A stretch of 64,000 nucleotides of DNA from Candidatus Kuenenbacteria bacterium (GTDB taxonomy: Bacteria > Patescibacteriota > Patescibacteriia > UBA11705 > JABHMO01), in the NCBI GenBank assembly GCA_013202715.1, contig JABMRF010000040.1, positions 4,376-68,375 of the forward strand, written 5' to 3'. Below, piece by piece: positions 9,294 through 18,953 of the stretch. The translations under genes were made by a program, and so were the position numbers. Position 1 is the stretch's first letter. Each line of letters begins with the position of its first letter. The notes beneath the pieces were generated by a model. The model did not search any database. It was not told where the DNA came from and worked only from the letters and a program-made list of their open reading frames with translations.

Positions 9294-10400
9294 TTATTCA
9301 ATTTCACCGCCCCCTAAACATTCATCTCCATTATAAAAAACACAATACTGGCCGGAGGTAATGGCTCGCTGGGGTTTTGGAAATTTCACCAGAAATTTGT
9401 TTGAAGAACGATTGTCAGGCGAACTTCCGGAAGTTCGCCTGACAATCTGACAATTTACATTTTCAGATCGATATCGGATTCGGCATTCGCATTTAAATGG
9501 CAATGTTGGAGCCGTGCCGGAAATCCAATTAACTTTTTTAACTATTAATTCTTTGGCTAAAATATCATCTTCGTTTTTACTCACCCAGAGGGTATTATTT
9601 TTTTTATCCAATCGAGAAACATACCACGGACCATCGGCAAGGCCAATCCCCTTTCTTTGCCCAATTGTGTACATTGGTAAACCGTCATGCTGGCCAAGGA
9701 TTTTACTGTCAGGCGCGACGCCTTCTCGAATAGGCCCTTTTTCAAATTTGATATATCTTTTCAAAAATTCACCCACCTTTCCATCCGCTACAAAACAAAT
9801 TTCCTGTGATTCTTTTTTGCTGGCAGTTGACAGTCCATGTTTCTTGGCCAATTTTCGAACTTGTTCTTTTGTATAATTTCCAACTGGGAACATAACATGA
9901 GCCAGATCCTTTTGCTTGATCTGATGAAGGAAATATGACTGGTCTTTGTTTTTGTCCCGTCCCACGCGTAGGGAACGGTCGCGACCGTTCCCTACGCGAG
10001 CGAAATGCCCGGTCGCGACAAAATCAACGCCCATTGGTTTTAATTTTTTCCACAACTCACCAAATTTGATATATTGATTGCAACGCACACATGGATTTGG
10101 TGTACGACCACACTCATATTCATTAACAAAATTATCTACAATTTTTTCCTTGAACGGAGCCTTCATATCAATCACATAAAACGGAATTCCGAGCTTATTG
10201 CAAACCCGGCGGGCATCTTCTGCAGATTCCAGCGAACAGCAAATGTTTTCACGAATTTTGCCCTTGATATTCTCATTCCAGAATTTCATAAAAACACCAA
10301 TGACTTCATAGCCTTGTTCTTTTAATAATACTGCGGCAACTGACGAATCCACTCCGCCGGACATGCCGACGGCCACCTTTAATTGTTTGTTTTTATTCAT
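9294..10400 (-). CDS. mnmA: tRNA-specific 2-thiouridylase
   Basis: GMSGGVDSSVAA, TPNPCVRCN, ATGHFA, KDQSYFL, YTIGQRKG, CLGGGEI. Confidence 0.97.
   Translation of the reverse strand: MNKNKQLKVAVGMSGGVDSSVAAVLLKEQGYEVIGVFMKFWNENIKGKIRENICCSLESAEDARRVCNKLGIPFYVIDMKAPFKEKIVDNFVNEYECGRTPNPCVRCNQYIKFGELWKKLKPMGVDFVATGHFARVGNGRDRSLRVGRDKNKDQSYFLHQIKQKDLAHVMFPVGNYTKEQVRKLAKKHGLSTASKKESQEICFVADGKVGEFLKRYIKFEKGPIREGVAPDSKILGQHDGLPMYTIGQRKGIGLADGPWYVSRLDKKNNTLWVSKNEDDILAKELIVKKVNWISGTAPTLPFKCECRIRYRSENVNCQIVRRTSGSSPDNRSSNKFLVKFPKPQRAITSGQYCVFYNGDECLGGGEIE
9410..9447. repeat. Perfect 38-bp palindrome in frame inside mnmA
   Basis: GATTGTCAGGCGAACTTCC|GGAAGTTCGCCTGACAATC. Confidence 0.9.
9965..9998. repeat. 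Perfect 34-bp GTAG-type REP-like palindrome in frame inside mnmA
   Basis: CGCGTAGGGAACGGTCG|CGACCGTTCCCTACGCG. Confidence 0.9.
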
Positions 10401-10450
10401 AAATTCATTATATCAAAAAAAACGCCTTTTGCGTCTTTTTTTATATCATA

Positions 10451-10816
10451 CTATCCAGCTTTCTTCAAGGTCACCATCACCTCCGGCACATATTTGTTAT
10501 CTTTGTCATCAACAACTTCAACTTTATTATTTTTCATCAGCTCATTCCACATTAGATCTGACAAAACTTGCTTGGTGTCTTTTATATCCATTTTCAAATC
10601 ATCCAAGTCGTTGAATTCAGAGGCATAATCTCCTCGAATCGCGACTTCAATTTGTTTTTTCTTAGCTTTCAAGGAATTCATTTCATCTAAAATATCCTGA
10701 TATTCTTTTGTCTGGTCATAAGCTTCCTTGACAACTACTTTGATTTCTTTTTGTTTAGCTTTTGCATCCTGGATTTCCAAGTGCAAATCTGTAATTCTTT
10801 GTGCATTGTCGGACAT
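10451..10816 (-). CDS. Hypothetical coiled-coil protein (CPR-type)
   Basis: 121-aa ORF with core-like codon usage. Confidence 0.75.
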   Translation of the reverse strand: MSDNAQRITDLHLEIQDAKAKQKEIKVVVKEAYDQTKEYQDILDEMNSLKAKKKQIEVAIRGDYASEFNDLDDLKMDIKDTKQVLSDLMWNELMKNNKVEVVDDKDNKYVPEVMVTLKKAG

Positions 10817-10820
10817 ATAT

Positions 10821-10860
10821 AATAGGGCGAAAGAAGGCGAAAGAAGATAACCTTGCCTTC
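10821..10860. repeat. Short AAGGCG-core repeat abutting a start codon
   Basis: AATAGGGCG AAAGAAGGCG AAAGAAGATAA; similar to 55503-55551 and 13673-13752. Confidence 0.55.
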
Positions 10861-10959
10861 ATAACTTTATTATTAAATACAAAATTAAGTATAACAAACA
10901 TTCCCTTAATTAACAATTGTGGATAAATAAAAACCACCGTCAATCCGGTGGAGTCTTTG

Positions 10960-11253
10960 TTATTTTTCAATTCTAGCTTCTAATACATCGAGATGACTCA
11001 ATACTTCCTGTCTCAGCGCTTGAAGAGCATGAAACAGTTGAAATATTGGAACGTCCTGATCAGCATCTTGGTCAGCACTTCGATGTAATGCAACCATAAT
11101 AGAGATTTTTTCCTTTTTAGCATAAGGAACAATCTGTGTTTTTAACCATTCGCGCAAAGCATCTAGATCATTAACAAACGGGCAAGAAAAACCAGCTGCT
11201 ATGAGTTCTCTAGCTACTACATTCAGAAATCTGTCTGAAGTCATTTTTGCCAT
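10960..11253 (-). CDS. Hypothetical protein
   Basis: 97 aa; SD-like AGGGGG. Confidence 0.6.
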   Translation of the reverse strand: MAKMTSDRFLNVVARELIAAGFSCPFVNDLDALREWLKTQIVPYAKKEKISIMVALHRSADQDADQDVPIFQLFHALQALRQEVLSHLDVLEARIEK

Positions 11254-11350
11254 TTATTCCCCCTAGACAAAACATTGCAACCTCAAGTGAAAAATATAAA
11301 AAAAGAACATGCAGCTACATGTTCCTCACATTACCATACAACACTTTTAT

Positions 11351-12565
11351 TTACAAATATTTTTTCAGTAAATTATAAACTTCCTCATAATTCATCCGGA
11401 TCTTGGCGCCCATTACCAAAGCGATTAATTCCCTGGTGGAACCCTTTGCCTGCATGACAAGATTGTAGCCTGCCTCATCTGTCCAGCCGGTTTTGCTGCC
11501 AGTCACATAGAGATCGCGATCGAGAAGCTTTATGCTGGTATTTTTCACCCAGTAAACAACATCTTTGTTGACCGGTACAACTTTGTACCACTTTGTGGTT
11601 GTGGCCTTGAGAATATCAATATTTTTAAATGCTCTTTTGGAAATAGCGGCCATTTCAAAAGCGGTGGAAACATTATTTTCATTCAATCCGGTGGGTTCAA
11701 CAAAGTGAGTGTTTGTTAGTCCAAATCCTTTTACTTTTTCATTCATCTTCTGAACAAACTCATCCAGAGTCAATCCGCTAGCGCGAACCAAAGAGTGAGT
11801 GGTATTATTTTTCGAGCCAACCAAGGTCGCATAAAATAAATCTTTGACTGTAATCTGATCGCCTTCTTTTGCCCAAAGTGAGGCGCCACCAACATAGTCG
11901 GACTTTTGCATGGTAATGATCTTGTCCCAACCAGGATTGTGATCAAGAAAAACCAAAACTGAAACTAATTTTGTCATGCTGGCAATCGGTCGAACATCAT
12001 TCATGTTCTTTTGGAAAATGATACTGCCGGAATTTTTATCAACCACTATTGCGGACTGCGCTGTCAAAGCCTCCGGATCATTTTCCAGAACAGCCACTTT
12101 CGCGTATGGAAAAATTGTTTTCGCTCGAATTAGTTTATTTTCATAATCTATTTCAGAAGGAAGCTCTCGCCATTTTTGCTGATGATTGTCGTAAAAATAA
12201 ATTGCTTTGTCCAGCTCATTATCACTTTCATAAGCCATGGAAATCAGCTGAGCACGCTCCATAAAGCCGGGGTTTTCTTTTCTAATGTCAAAAGTATAAA
12301 AACCTGAAACTGCTCTTTTCGTTTCAGGTAAATCATCAAAATTATCATTCCTGGAAATTTTTACTAATAATTTCCCTTGGTGAAAATTTGGAAAAATCGG
12401 CACCCAAAGTTGTTTGTCAACACTTTTTACTGTAAAACCGCGCTCTAAAGTTTGCTCATCAAAATCAATTATAACAGTATCAAACGTTTTTGCGTCTGCT
12501 GCTTGATATAGTGCGAAAAATAACACAAAAATCGAAACTAAAATTAGCCAACGTTTGAGATCCAT
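11351..12565 (-). CDS. Peptidase S11 D-alanyl-D-alanine carboxy/endopeptidase with N-terminal extra domain
   Basis: PIASMTK (SxxK), SKN (SxN), SKTG; signal peptide from MDLKRW (the upstream MSIVNC is repeat-derived). Confidence 0.88.
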   Translation of the reverse strand: MDLKRWLILVSIFVLFFALYQAADAKTFDTVIIDFDEQTLERGFTVKSVDKQLWVPIFPNFHQGKLLVKISRNDNFDDLPETKRAVSGFYTFDIRKENPGFMERAQLISMAYESDNELDKAIYFYDNHQQKWRELPSEIDYENKLIRAKTIFPYAKVAVLENDPEALTAQSAIVVDKNSGSIIFQKNMNDVRPIASMTKLVSVLVFLDHNPGWDKIITMQKSDYVGGASLWAKEGDQITVKDLFYATLVGSKNNTTHSLVRASGLTLDEFVQKMNEKVKGFGLTNTHFVEPTGLNENNVSTAFEMAAISKRAFKNIDILKATTTKWYKVVPVNKDVVYWVKNTSIKLLDRDLYVTGSKTGWTDEAGYNLVMQAKGSTRELIALVMGAKIRMNYEEVYNLLKKYL

Positions 12566-12620
12566 ACAATTAACAATTGACATTTAACATTTGACCTTTG
12601 ACGTGTCAGGTGTCAAATGT
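12566..12620. repeat. Inverted 7-bp tandem repeat element (ACATTTG)
   Basis: ACAATTA ACAATTG ACATTTA ACATTTG ACCTTTG AC | GTGTCAGGT GTCAAATGT. Confidence 0.75.
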
Positions 12621-12624
12621 TTTT

Positions 12625-13122
12625 TTAGAGCTTTGTAATTCCAAGCGGTGTTACCTTATAACATCCCTTGCTCTTGAATTCATCAATTCCTTTTTCTAAA
12701 TGAAAATACACTTCAAAATCATTTTCATCAAGTTTTGTAAACGTGTAATTACAGCCTGAATCATAACACGCTTTTGCGCTGGTACAGGCTACATTCATAA
12801 CATCAGGATCATTCACCTGAGCGAGTTCTGGTAAAATTTTAAGCAGTTCTGAATTCTCATTTTTACTACATAAACTTACAAATGTCAAATCACAATATGC
12901 CCGTTCATAACTGCCAGTTTCATTTTTTACTACCTGAAGGGCGTCTTTGATTGTATTCACATCAGTAAGTCTTTTTGCATCTCGGAGCTGTTTTTGTTTT
13001 GAATTCAAAGAGAGAACCAAGCCGGTCAAGATAAGCCCTATGACTCCTACGACAATTAATATTTCAACTAAAGTAAAGCCATCGCGCTTAGTACCAAAGC
13101 GGGCTCTTGTGTTTTTGAACAT
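12625..13122 (-). CDS. Type IV pilin-like protein
   Basis: Prepilin motif DG/FTLVEILIV; Cys-rich C-terminus; paralog of the neighbouring pilin. Confidence 0.9.
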   Translation of the reverse strand: MFKNTRARFGTKRDGFTLVEILIVVGVIGLILTGLVLSLNSKQKQLRDAKRLTDVNTIKDALQVVKNETGSYERAYCDLTFVSLCSKNENSELLKILPELAQVNDPDVMNVACTSAKACYDSGCNYTFTKLDENDFEVYFHLEKGIDEFKSKGCYKVTPLGITKL

Positions 13123-13149
13123 ACTAGATTTTGTTATTGAAAATTCTAA

Positions 13150-13608
13150 TTAATCCTTGAAAATTCCTTTTTCAGTTAAAGCATAACATCCTTCTTCCTT
13201 GAACGTACCTGCCCCCTTTTCAAGATAAAACTGAACCATATATGCATCAGCAGTTAAAGCACGAACAGCATATTCACAACCCTGAACACAACTCGTACTA
13301 CAAAGTCCTGCTGTTCCAAGAGGATCAATAACAGTTTTAATGCTGGTTAAAACTTCTTCCAGCTCACCGCCAACACAATCTTTTATCGCTTTTCCAGCAG
13401 CACAATTTGCATCAGGTTTGTATGTGCCAAGCTCCTGATTGACCATGCCCATTGCTTTTTGCACGGCAGAAATGTCATTGATACGTTTTGTGTCACGTCC
13501 TTTTTCACGAATGTTTCCCAAGGAAACAACTGCTAGAGCTGACAATAAACCAATAATGGCAATTACCACAAGTAGCTCAATTAAAGTAAACCCTTTTTGT
13601 TTTCTCAT
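13150..13608 (-). CDS. Type IV pilin
   Basis: KG/FTLIELLVVIAIIGLL; RDTKRINDI. Confidence 0.92.
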   Translation of the reverse strand: MRKQKGFTLIELLVVIAIIGLLSALAVVSLGNIREKGRDTKRINDISAVQKAMGMVNQELGTYKPDANCAAGKAIKDCVGGELEEVLTSIKTVIDPLGTAGLCSTSCVQGCEYAVRALTADAYMVQFYLEKGAGTFKEEGCYALTEKGIFKD

Positions 13609-13624
13609 AATTTTTTTAAGTTAA

Positions 13625-13658
13625 TTTCCGCCATAGGCGGATCAGCCTATGGCTGAAA
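13625..13658. repeat. Double-hairpin palindromic element
   Basis: TTTCCGCCATAGGCGGATCAGCCTATGGCTGAAA; core CCGCCnnnGGCGG also at 39061-39073. Confidence 0.7.
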
Positions 13659-13672
13659 TTTTTTATATTTCT

Positions 13673-13752
13673 AAACAGGGCTATATAGGGCTAGACAAGA
13701 GGACAAGATAGAGATTATCCCGTTGACTTGTTTAGCCATGTTTCGCCTTATT
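13673..13752. repeat. Degenerate inverted ~10-nt repeat element
   Basis: AAACAGGGCT ATATAGGGCT AGACAAG ... CTTG TTTAGCCATG TTTCGCCTTA. Confidence 0.5.
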
Positions 13753-13759
13753 AATTATA

Positions 13760-14965
13760 TCACATATTCGATGAAATTTCATACATTGGTAAAATAATTG
13801 AAATAATCATTGCGCCAACAGCTACACCAAGAATAATCATAATAAATGGTTCCAATAATGCCATTAAGTTTGCAATCAAATTATTTGCTTCGCGGGTATA
13901 GAACTCACTAACCTTTTCAAGTACCTCCTTTACTTTTCCTGTATTCTCGCCAGTTTCTAGCATTTGAGAAAGCATTTTCGGAGCATATTTACTTTTACTG
14001 AAAACTAACCCCAGTTCTCCACCGTCTTTTACAACGTTCACCGTTTCCAAAATTAAATCTTCATAAACTGTATTGCTCATCATCCCAGAGCTTATTTCCA
14101 AAGCCTCTACCATATCCACGCCACCAATAAGTAATGTTCTAAAACTTCGAGAGAATCTGATTACTGCGGTATAATTAATTAATTTTCCAAAAACCGGTAA
14201 TTTTAAGGCCACTTTGTCAATTACTCTTTTTCCCGCCGACGATTCATTAACTTTATAAACAACAAAGCCAAAAACTGCAACCACAATAATTAACACCCAC
14301 CAATATCCAATCAGAAAATCACTCGTTCCAATCAACATTCGAGTTGTAAAGGGTAGTTTCGCTCCAGTTTGAGTTAGCATTTCCGTTAATTTCGGTACCA
14401 CGAAAATCATCATCAAGACACCCACCACTACCAACCCGCAAATCACAAATACCGGATAAATCATGGCTCCTTTTATTTTTGCCCGTAAATCATAATCTTT
14501 TTCCAGCTGATCTGCCAAATATACTAAAACTTCCTGAAGGCGTCCGGAAACTTCCCCTGATTTGATTATATTAATAAAAAAGCCGTCAAAAACTTTTGGA
14601 AAATGTGCCAGAGCTTCAGAAAACTTAACCCCACCCTCCACTTCACTGGCAACTTCAGCAATGGTTTTTTTTAATTTTGGGTTATTTGTCTGCCCTACTG
14701 CGTCTTTCAATGCCTCAACTACTGGGACTTCAGCAGAAATTAAAATAGAGAGTTGGCGAGAAAAAATCACCAAGTCTTTAATCTTTACCCGGTCAAAACT
14801 AATTTCTAGAGCAGCTAGGCCGGTTTTCTTTTGTTCCAATGAAAGGACAATATATCCTTTGTCTTCAAGAATATCAACCGCCAAACTTTCACTTTCTGCC
14901 TCAACCACTCCCTCCAACATTTCATCGTTTTCGGTTGTTTTCGCGCGATAATTATATAAACTCAT
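13760..14965 (-). CDS. pilC: Type IV pilus platform protein (GspF/PilC family)
   Basis: FSRQLS, SGEVSGRL, AMIYP, GENTG, LEP...ILPMY. Confidence 0.93.
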   Translation of the reverse strand: MSLYNYRAKTTENDEMLEGVVEAESESLAVDILEDKGYIVLSLEQKKTGLAALEISFDRVKIKDLVIFSRQLSILISAEVPVVEALKDAVGQTNNPKLKKTIAEVASEVEGGVKFSEALAHFPKVFDGFFINIIKSGEVSGRLQEVLVYLADQLEKDYDLRAKIKGAMIYPVFVICGLVVVGVLMMIFVVPKLTEMLTQTGAKLPFTTRMLIGTSDFLIGYWWVLIIVVAVFGFVVYKVNESSAGKRVIDKVALKLPVFGKLINYTAVIRFSRSFRTLLIGGVDMVEALEISSGMMSNTVYEDLILETVNVVKDGGELGLVFSKSKYAPKMLSQMLETGENTGKVKEVLEKVSEFYTREANNLIANLMALLEPFIMIILGVAVGAMIISIILPMYEISSNM

Positions 14966-14971
14966 ATTGCT

Positions 14972-16744
14972 TTACTCTTGCTCCTCAACTTCTTTACTGA
15001 CTCTGAATATTTCTTCAAGCGAAGTAAATCCTTGTAGTGATTTGATAATTCCATCCTGTAATAGACTAATCATCCCGATTCTTTTTAGCTCTTCGAGAAC
15101 TTCAGGTTTTTTAAACCCGTTGGAAATTATAATTCTCATTTTTTCTGTAATTGGCAACACTTCGGAAATTACAATTCGTCCACTGTAGCCTGTGTTCTTA
15201 CATATTGCACAACCTTTTCCCCGATATGCTTTTAATTGACCTGTTAAATCAATTTCTTTGGGTAATTTCTTCGGATCGACTTTTTGCAATTCTCTTTTTA
15301 CCTTTTCTGCAACGTCATTTGGTAAATCGTAACTTTCTTTACACTTGGAACAAATACGACGACCCAGGCGTTGTGCAATTATTAAATTCAAGGTTGAAGC
15401 AAGGAGAAAAGGCTCCACCTTCATATCCATCAAACGTGGCACAGCACCAATTGAATCATTGGTATGCAAAGTTGAAAATAATAAATGTCCGGTGAGTGCA
15501 GCATGCACGCCCATCTCGCCAGTTTCATGATCACGAATCTCTCCGACCATAATAATATCCGGATCCTGTCTCATCAAAGCGCGAAGTCCGGCTGCAAAAG
15601 TAAACTTAACTTCAGGCCTGACCTGAGCCTGATTAATTCCAGGAATATTATATTCCACCGGGTCTTCCAGTGTGCTAATATTGATCCCTTCTTTGTTCAT
15701 GCTACTCAAAATTGAAAATAAAGTAGTAGACTTACCCGAACCTGTCGGCCCGGTAACTAAAATCATGCCGTAAGTCTGCTTCAACGCTGTGGCAATTACA
15801 TCTCTCAGCTCCTTGCTAAAGCCCAGTTGCTCAAGTGTCAAAGCTTTACTACCAGTATCTAAAATACGAATGGTGATTTTTTCTTTTCCCGCCAAAGGCA
15901 TCACTGAAATACGCAAATCATAATCTTGTTTTCCAATATGAATTTTTGATCTGCCATCCTGCGGAACCCGAGTTTCATCAATTTTTAAATTTGATAAAAC
16001 TTTAATCCTGGAAATTACTGAATCATGAATATAGGACGGTAATGTTAAAACTGTATTTAAAATGCCGTCTATTCGAAAACGAACCCGCGAACTTTTTTCA
16101 AAAGGTTCAATGTGAATATCGGAAGCCCGGCTTTCAACCCCGTGCTTGATAATCATGGAAACTATCTGAGCTACCGGCGCACTTTTGATAACCTCCTCAA
16201 TATTATCAGTAGAAATATCTTCTTCTAATTTTTTTTCTTCCTGATCTTTTTCAACCTCACCGAGAGCAGTTGCCACGTCGTCTCCAAAGGCGCCGTAACG
16301 CTTTAGTGCTTCTTGCCAGGCATATATTGAACAAAGATAATATTCAACTGAAAATCCTTTGCTGGAAGCCCAAAAATCAATTGCTTCTCGGGCATCATAA
16401 TCTTCCGGTTTAGCTATAGCAATCTTTAGTTTTTGGCCCTGTTGGTCAAAACAAATTGCACTGTGTTGCTCAGCTAAATTCAGGGGCATTATTTCCTGAA
16501 TATCCGGATTTACTTTGCGCTGCATCAAATTTTCATAAGGATAATTAAAAAACTCTGCCTCAAACTGAGCCAACTTTTCTGCATCAACAAATCCTCCTTT
16601 TATTAGGATGTCTCTTAGACTTTTCTCTTCGGAGCTCTTTAGGATATTTTTAACTTCCTCAACCTGCTTCTCTCTGAGTGCTCCCTTTTGTAACAAAAAG
16701 CCCAATAATTTTTTATGTTGTTCTTTTATCATTGAATTATACAA
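14972..16744 (-). CDS. pilB: Type IV pilus assembly ATPase (GspE/PilB)
   Basis: ASDIHIEP, PQDGR, GPTGSGKSTT, RQDPDIIMVGEIRD, STLHTN, CxxC pairs. Confidence 0.95.
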   Translation of the reverse strand: MYNSMIKEQHKKLLGFLLQKGALREKQVEEVKNILKSSEEKSLRDILIKGGFVDAEKLAQFEAEFFNYPYENLMQRKVNPDIQEIMPLNLAEQHSAICFDQQGQKLKIAIAKPEDYDAREAIDFWASSKGFSVEYYLCSIYAWQEALKRYGAFGDDVATALGEVEKDQEEKKLEEDISTDNIEEVIKSAPVAQIVSMIIKHGVESRASDIHIEPFEKSSRVRFRIDGILNTVLTLPSYIHDSVISRIKVLSNLKIDETRVPQDGRSKIHIGKQDYDLRISVMPLAGKEKITIRILDTGSKALTLEQLGFSKELRDVIATALKQTYGMILVTGPTGSGKSTTLFSILSSMNKEGINISTLEDPVEYNIPGINQAQVRPEVKFTFAAGLRALMRQDPDIIMVGEIRDHETGEMGVHAALTGHLLFSTLHTNDSIGAVPRLMDMKVEPFLLASTLNLIIAQRLGRRICSKCKESYDLPNDVAEKVKRELQKVDPKKLPKEIDLTGQLKAYRGKGCAICKNTGYSGRIVISEVLPITEKMRIIISNGFKKPEVLEELKRIGMISLLQDGIIKSLQGFTSLEEIFRVSKEVEEQE

Positions 16745-16767
16745 TTCATGGAAGAGATCGATAAGAC

Positions 16768-17091
16768 CTATTCCACTTCTTCAATATTTTCAAATGGATT
16801 TTCTTTAAATTCCTGTCCTTCTTCATTTATTACTAATGGCCAATCACCCACTTTTTCCAAGCCAAGAAACTGCTCATCTTCCAAAAGCGCTTGTTTTACT
16901 TTTTCAAACTCACTATTACTATCTGAATCAGAATCTAAATTTAGTAACTGAATAGGCCCCTCGTTATCAATATTTTCTTGAGGCTTGAAGTAAATTAAAT
17001 CAACTGCCATTAAAGCAGCTATAATTATGACAATTAATATTACAATAATAATTGAATTTCTAATTTGGTTACTCTTCATCTGATTCTTCAT
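16768..17091 (-). CDS. Pilus-cluster membrane-anchored hypothetical protein
   Basis: N-terminal TM; ENPF motif; operon position. Confidence 0.7.
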   Translation of the reverse strand: MKNQMKSNQIRNSIIIVILIVIIIAALMAVDLIYFKPQENIDNEGPIQLLNLDSDSDSNSEFEKVKQALLEDEQFLGLEKVGDWPLVINEEGQEFKENPFENIEEVE

Positions 17092-17755
17092 AAATATTCT
17101 CCCCCCAATAATAGGTATTCATGGTTAAATTGTATGAACCAGCCAACGGCTCATAAATTAGAGCCTTTACATCAAGTAAGCGCAAATTTTTCTCGACATC
17201 AATAAGGAAGTTCTTCAAAGTATAATAATCACCGCCCGTAAGACTCAATGTCAACGCCAATTTTTTAAGAGTCGGTTTTTGGGATTTTATATTTTCTCCG
17301 TCAAGTTCCTGTGATTCAGCAATATCAACCGTATCTAAAGATAAATTATTTTTGTAAGCAAGAGCATCCAGCTGAACAAAGATGCTGGAAAGTTCTTTTT
17401 CAGACGGCAAGACCATAAGCATTTTCTGTACTGATTCTTCGATACCTTCATAATTCACTTTGGCCGATTTTAATTCACTTAATTCATTTTCTTTTTCAGC
17501 CAAGACCTGTTGTTTTTGCTGAACAATCAATTTCATTTCATTAATATTAACGTCATAAACATTGTAAACACAATATGCAAAGGCTAATATTAAAATGACT
17601 AGGCTAAGAATAAAAATCATCTGGAAGTATTGAATAAAACTTTCTGCAAATCCTAAAAATCTGTTTTTCTTGACTTTATTTCCTGAATTCAAAACGTGAT
17701 CAGATTTTTCAAGTCCAACCATTTTCCCTGTTTTTATTTTTTTGTGCTCTTTCAT
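17069..17755 (-). CDS. pilO: PilO-like pilus alignment protein
   Basis: TM plus coiled coil; LPSEKEL; GDYYTLKNFLIDVEKNLRLLDV. Confidence 0.8.
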   Translation of the reverse strand: MKEHKKIKTGKMVGLEKSDHVLNSGNKVKKNRFLGFAESFIQYFQMIFILSLVILILAFAYCVYNVYDVNINEMKLIVQQKQQVLAEKENELSELKSAKVNYEGIEESVQKMLMVLPSEKELSSIFVQLDALAYKNNLSLDTVDIAESQELDGENIKSQKPTLKKLALTLSLTGGDYYTLKNFLIDVEKNLRLLDVKALIYEPLAGSYNLTMNTYYWGENIYEESDEE

Positions 17756-17758
17756 AAC

Positions 17759-18946
17759 TTATTCCTTGCTTTTTAATAACGCGACTGGTACTAATTGTAA
17801 ATTAATATCAAAACTGACCATTGTATCTAGGGCAACTGGCTCCTCCGGCTCCTCAATTCCAAGTTCAAGATCAAATTCTGACTCAAATACTTCCGGGGCA
17901 GCCTTGCTTGCTGCGTTCAAATCAACCAATTCTACAAAATCTGCTTCCTGAAAAACTGCCAACTGCCTGGCTACGTCCGTATAATTTTTTGCTTTTGCTG
18001 ACAAAACAATTTTCCCGGTATCCTCTGCGGTAATGCCGGTATAATATACATTTTCAACTGTGTTATGTTCCAGTTCAGTTAGAAATTCAGTCCAGTAAAT
18101 ATGATTTTTTAGTAAAATTTGTAAAACCTTGGCGCGTTCTTTTAGTTTTTGCACCTGCAGTTTCCCTGTGCCGTATAAATTTATTTCCGCTTGAGTCTGA
18201 CTAATCAACCCGTCTAAGTCATTGTATTCTTTGACTAAATCTTTTTTATAAAATTTGATCCCAAAGTATGCGCCTGAGAACAAAAGGACAAAAACTAAAA
18301 CAAGAATTAAAATATATTTGACGCGCAACCAAAACTGGCCAAGCACAACCTCCTGATAATCTTCTGAAATTAAATTAACTTCTGCTGGCGGTTTTTTAAA
18401 ACGTAAAACGGCCAGTCCTTTTTTGAAATAATCAGCTAATGGTTTTGATTTCCGCGCCCGCTCTACTTTGTCTGATGTTTCCTGAATGATTTTTTTGCCT
18501 GTTCCGTTTAGCTCACGTTCATCTTGTGGAAACCTCATTTTCAACCCTTTGTTTGATTTTTTTTCCGGAGGCGGTGGCGGTAGTGGCGTTTCAACCTTTG
18601 GAGGTGGTGACAGGGCCGGCATTTTAATCTTTGGAGGCGCTGGCGGAACCGGCCTTTCCCCTCGACTTCGCTCGGGATCTGCGACTACTTTGGGGGGTGG
18701 TGGGGGTGGAGTAGGCTTTTCTTTTTGCTTCAATCGAAAAATCCCACGCTTTTTCTTTGGCGCCAGTTCTTGACCTTCCAGCTTTATCCATTCTTCAGTC
18801 TCCTGCTTAACTTCCGCCTTTTGCACTTCGTCTTTTTTCTCTGGCAAATGCATTTTAAAATCAGGTAAACCCATTCCCTCCTTTGTTTTTTGTTTTTCTT
18901 CTTCCTCTTTGTCTCTTTGAGACTTGGGAAGTAAACTTATTGGCAT
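17759..18946 (-). CDS. pilN: PilN-like protein with long Pro/Lys-rich N-terminal extension
   Basis: EVNLI motif, TM, coiled coil, HIYWTEFL, YTDVARQL; lies between pilM and pilO. Confidence 0.7.
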   Translation of the reverse strand: MPISLLPKSQRDKEEEEKQKTKEGMGLPDFKMHLPEKKDEVQKAEVKQETEEWIKLEGQELAPKKKRGIFRLKQKEKPTPPPPPPKVVADPERSRGERPVPPAPPKIKMPALSPPPKVETPLPPPPPEKKSNKGLKMRFPQDERELNGTGKKIIQETSDKVERARKSKPLADYFKKGLAVLRFKKPPAEVNLISEDYQEVVLGQFWLRVKYILILVLVFVLLFSGAYFGIKFYKKDLVKEYNDLDGLISQTQAEINLYGTGKLQVQKLKERAKVLQILLKNHIYWTEFLTELEHNTVENVYYTGITAEDTGKIVLSAKAKNYTDVARQLAVFQEADFVELVDLNAASKAAPEVFESEFDLELGIEEPEEPVALDTMVSFDINLQLVPVALLKSKE

Positions 18947-18953
18947 AAACTAC

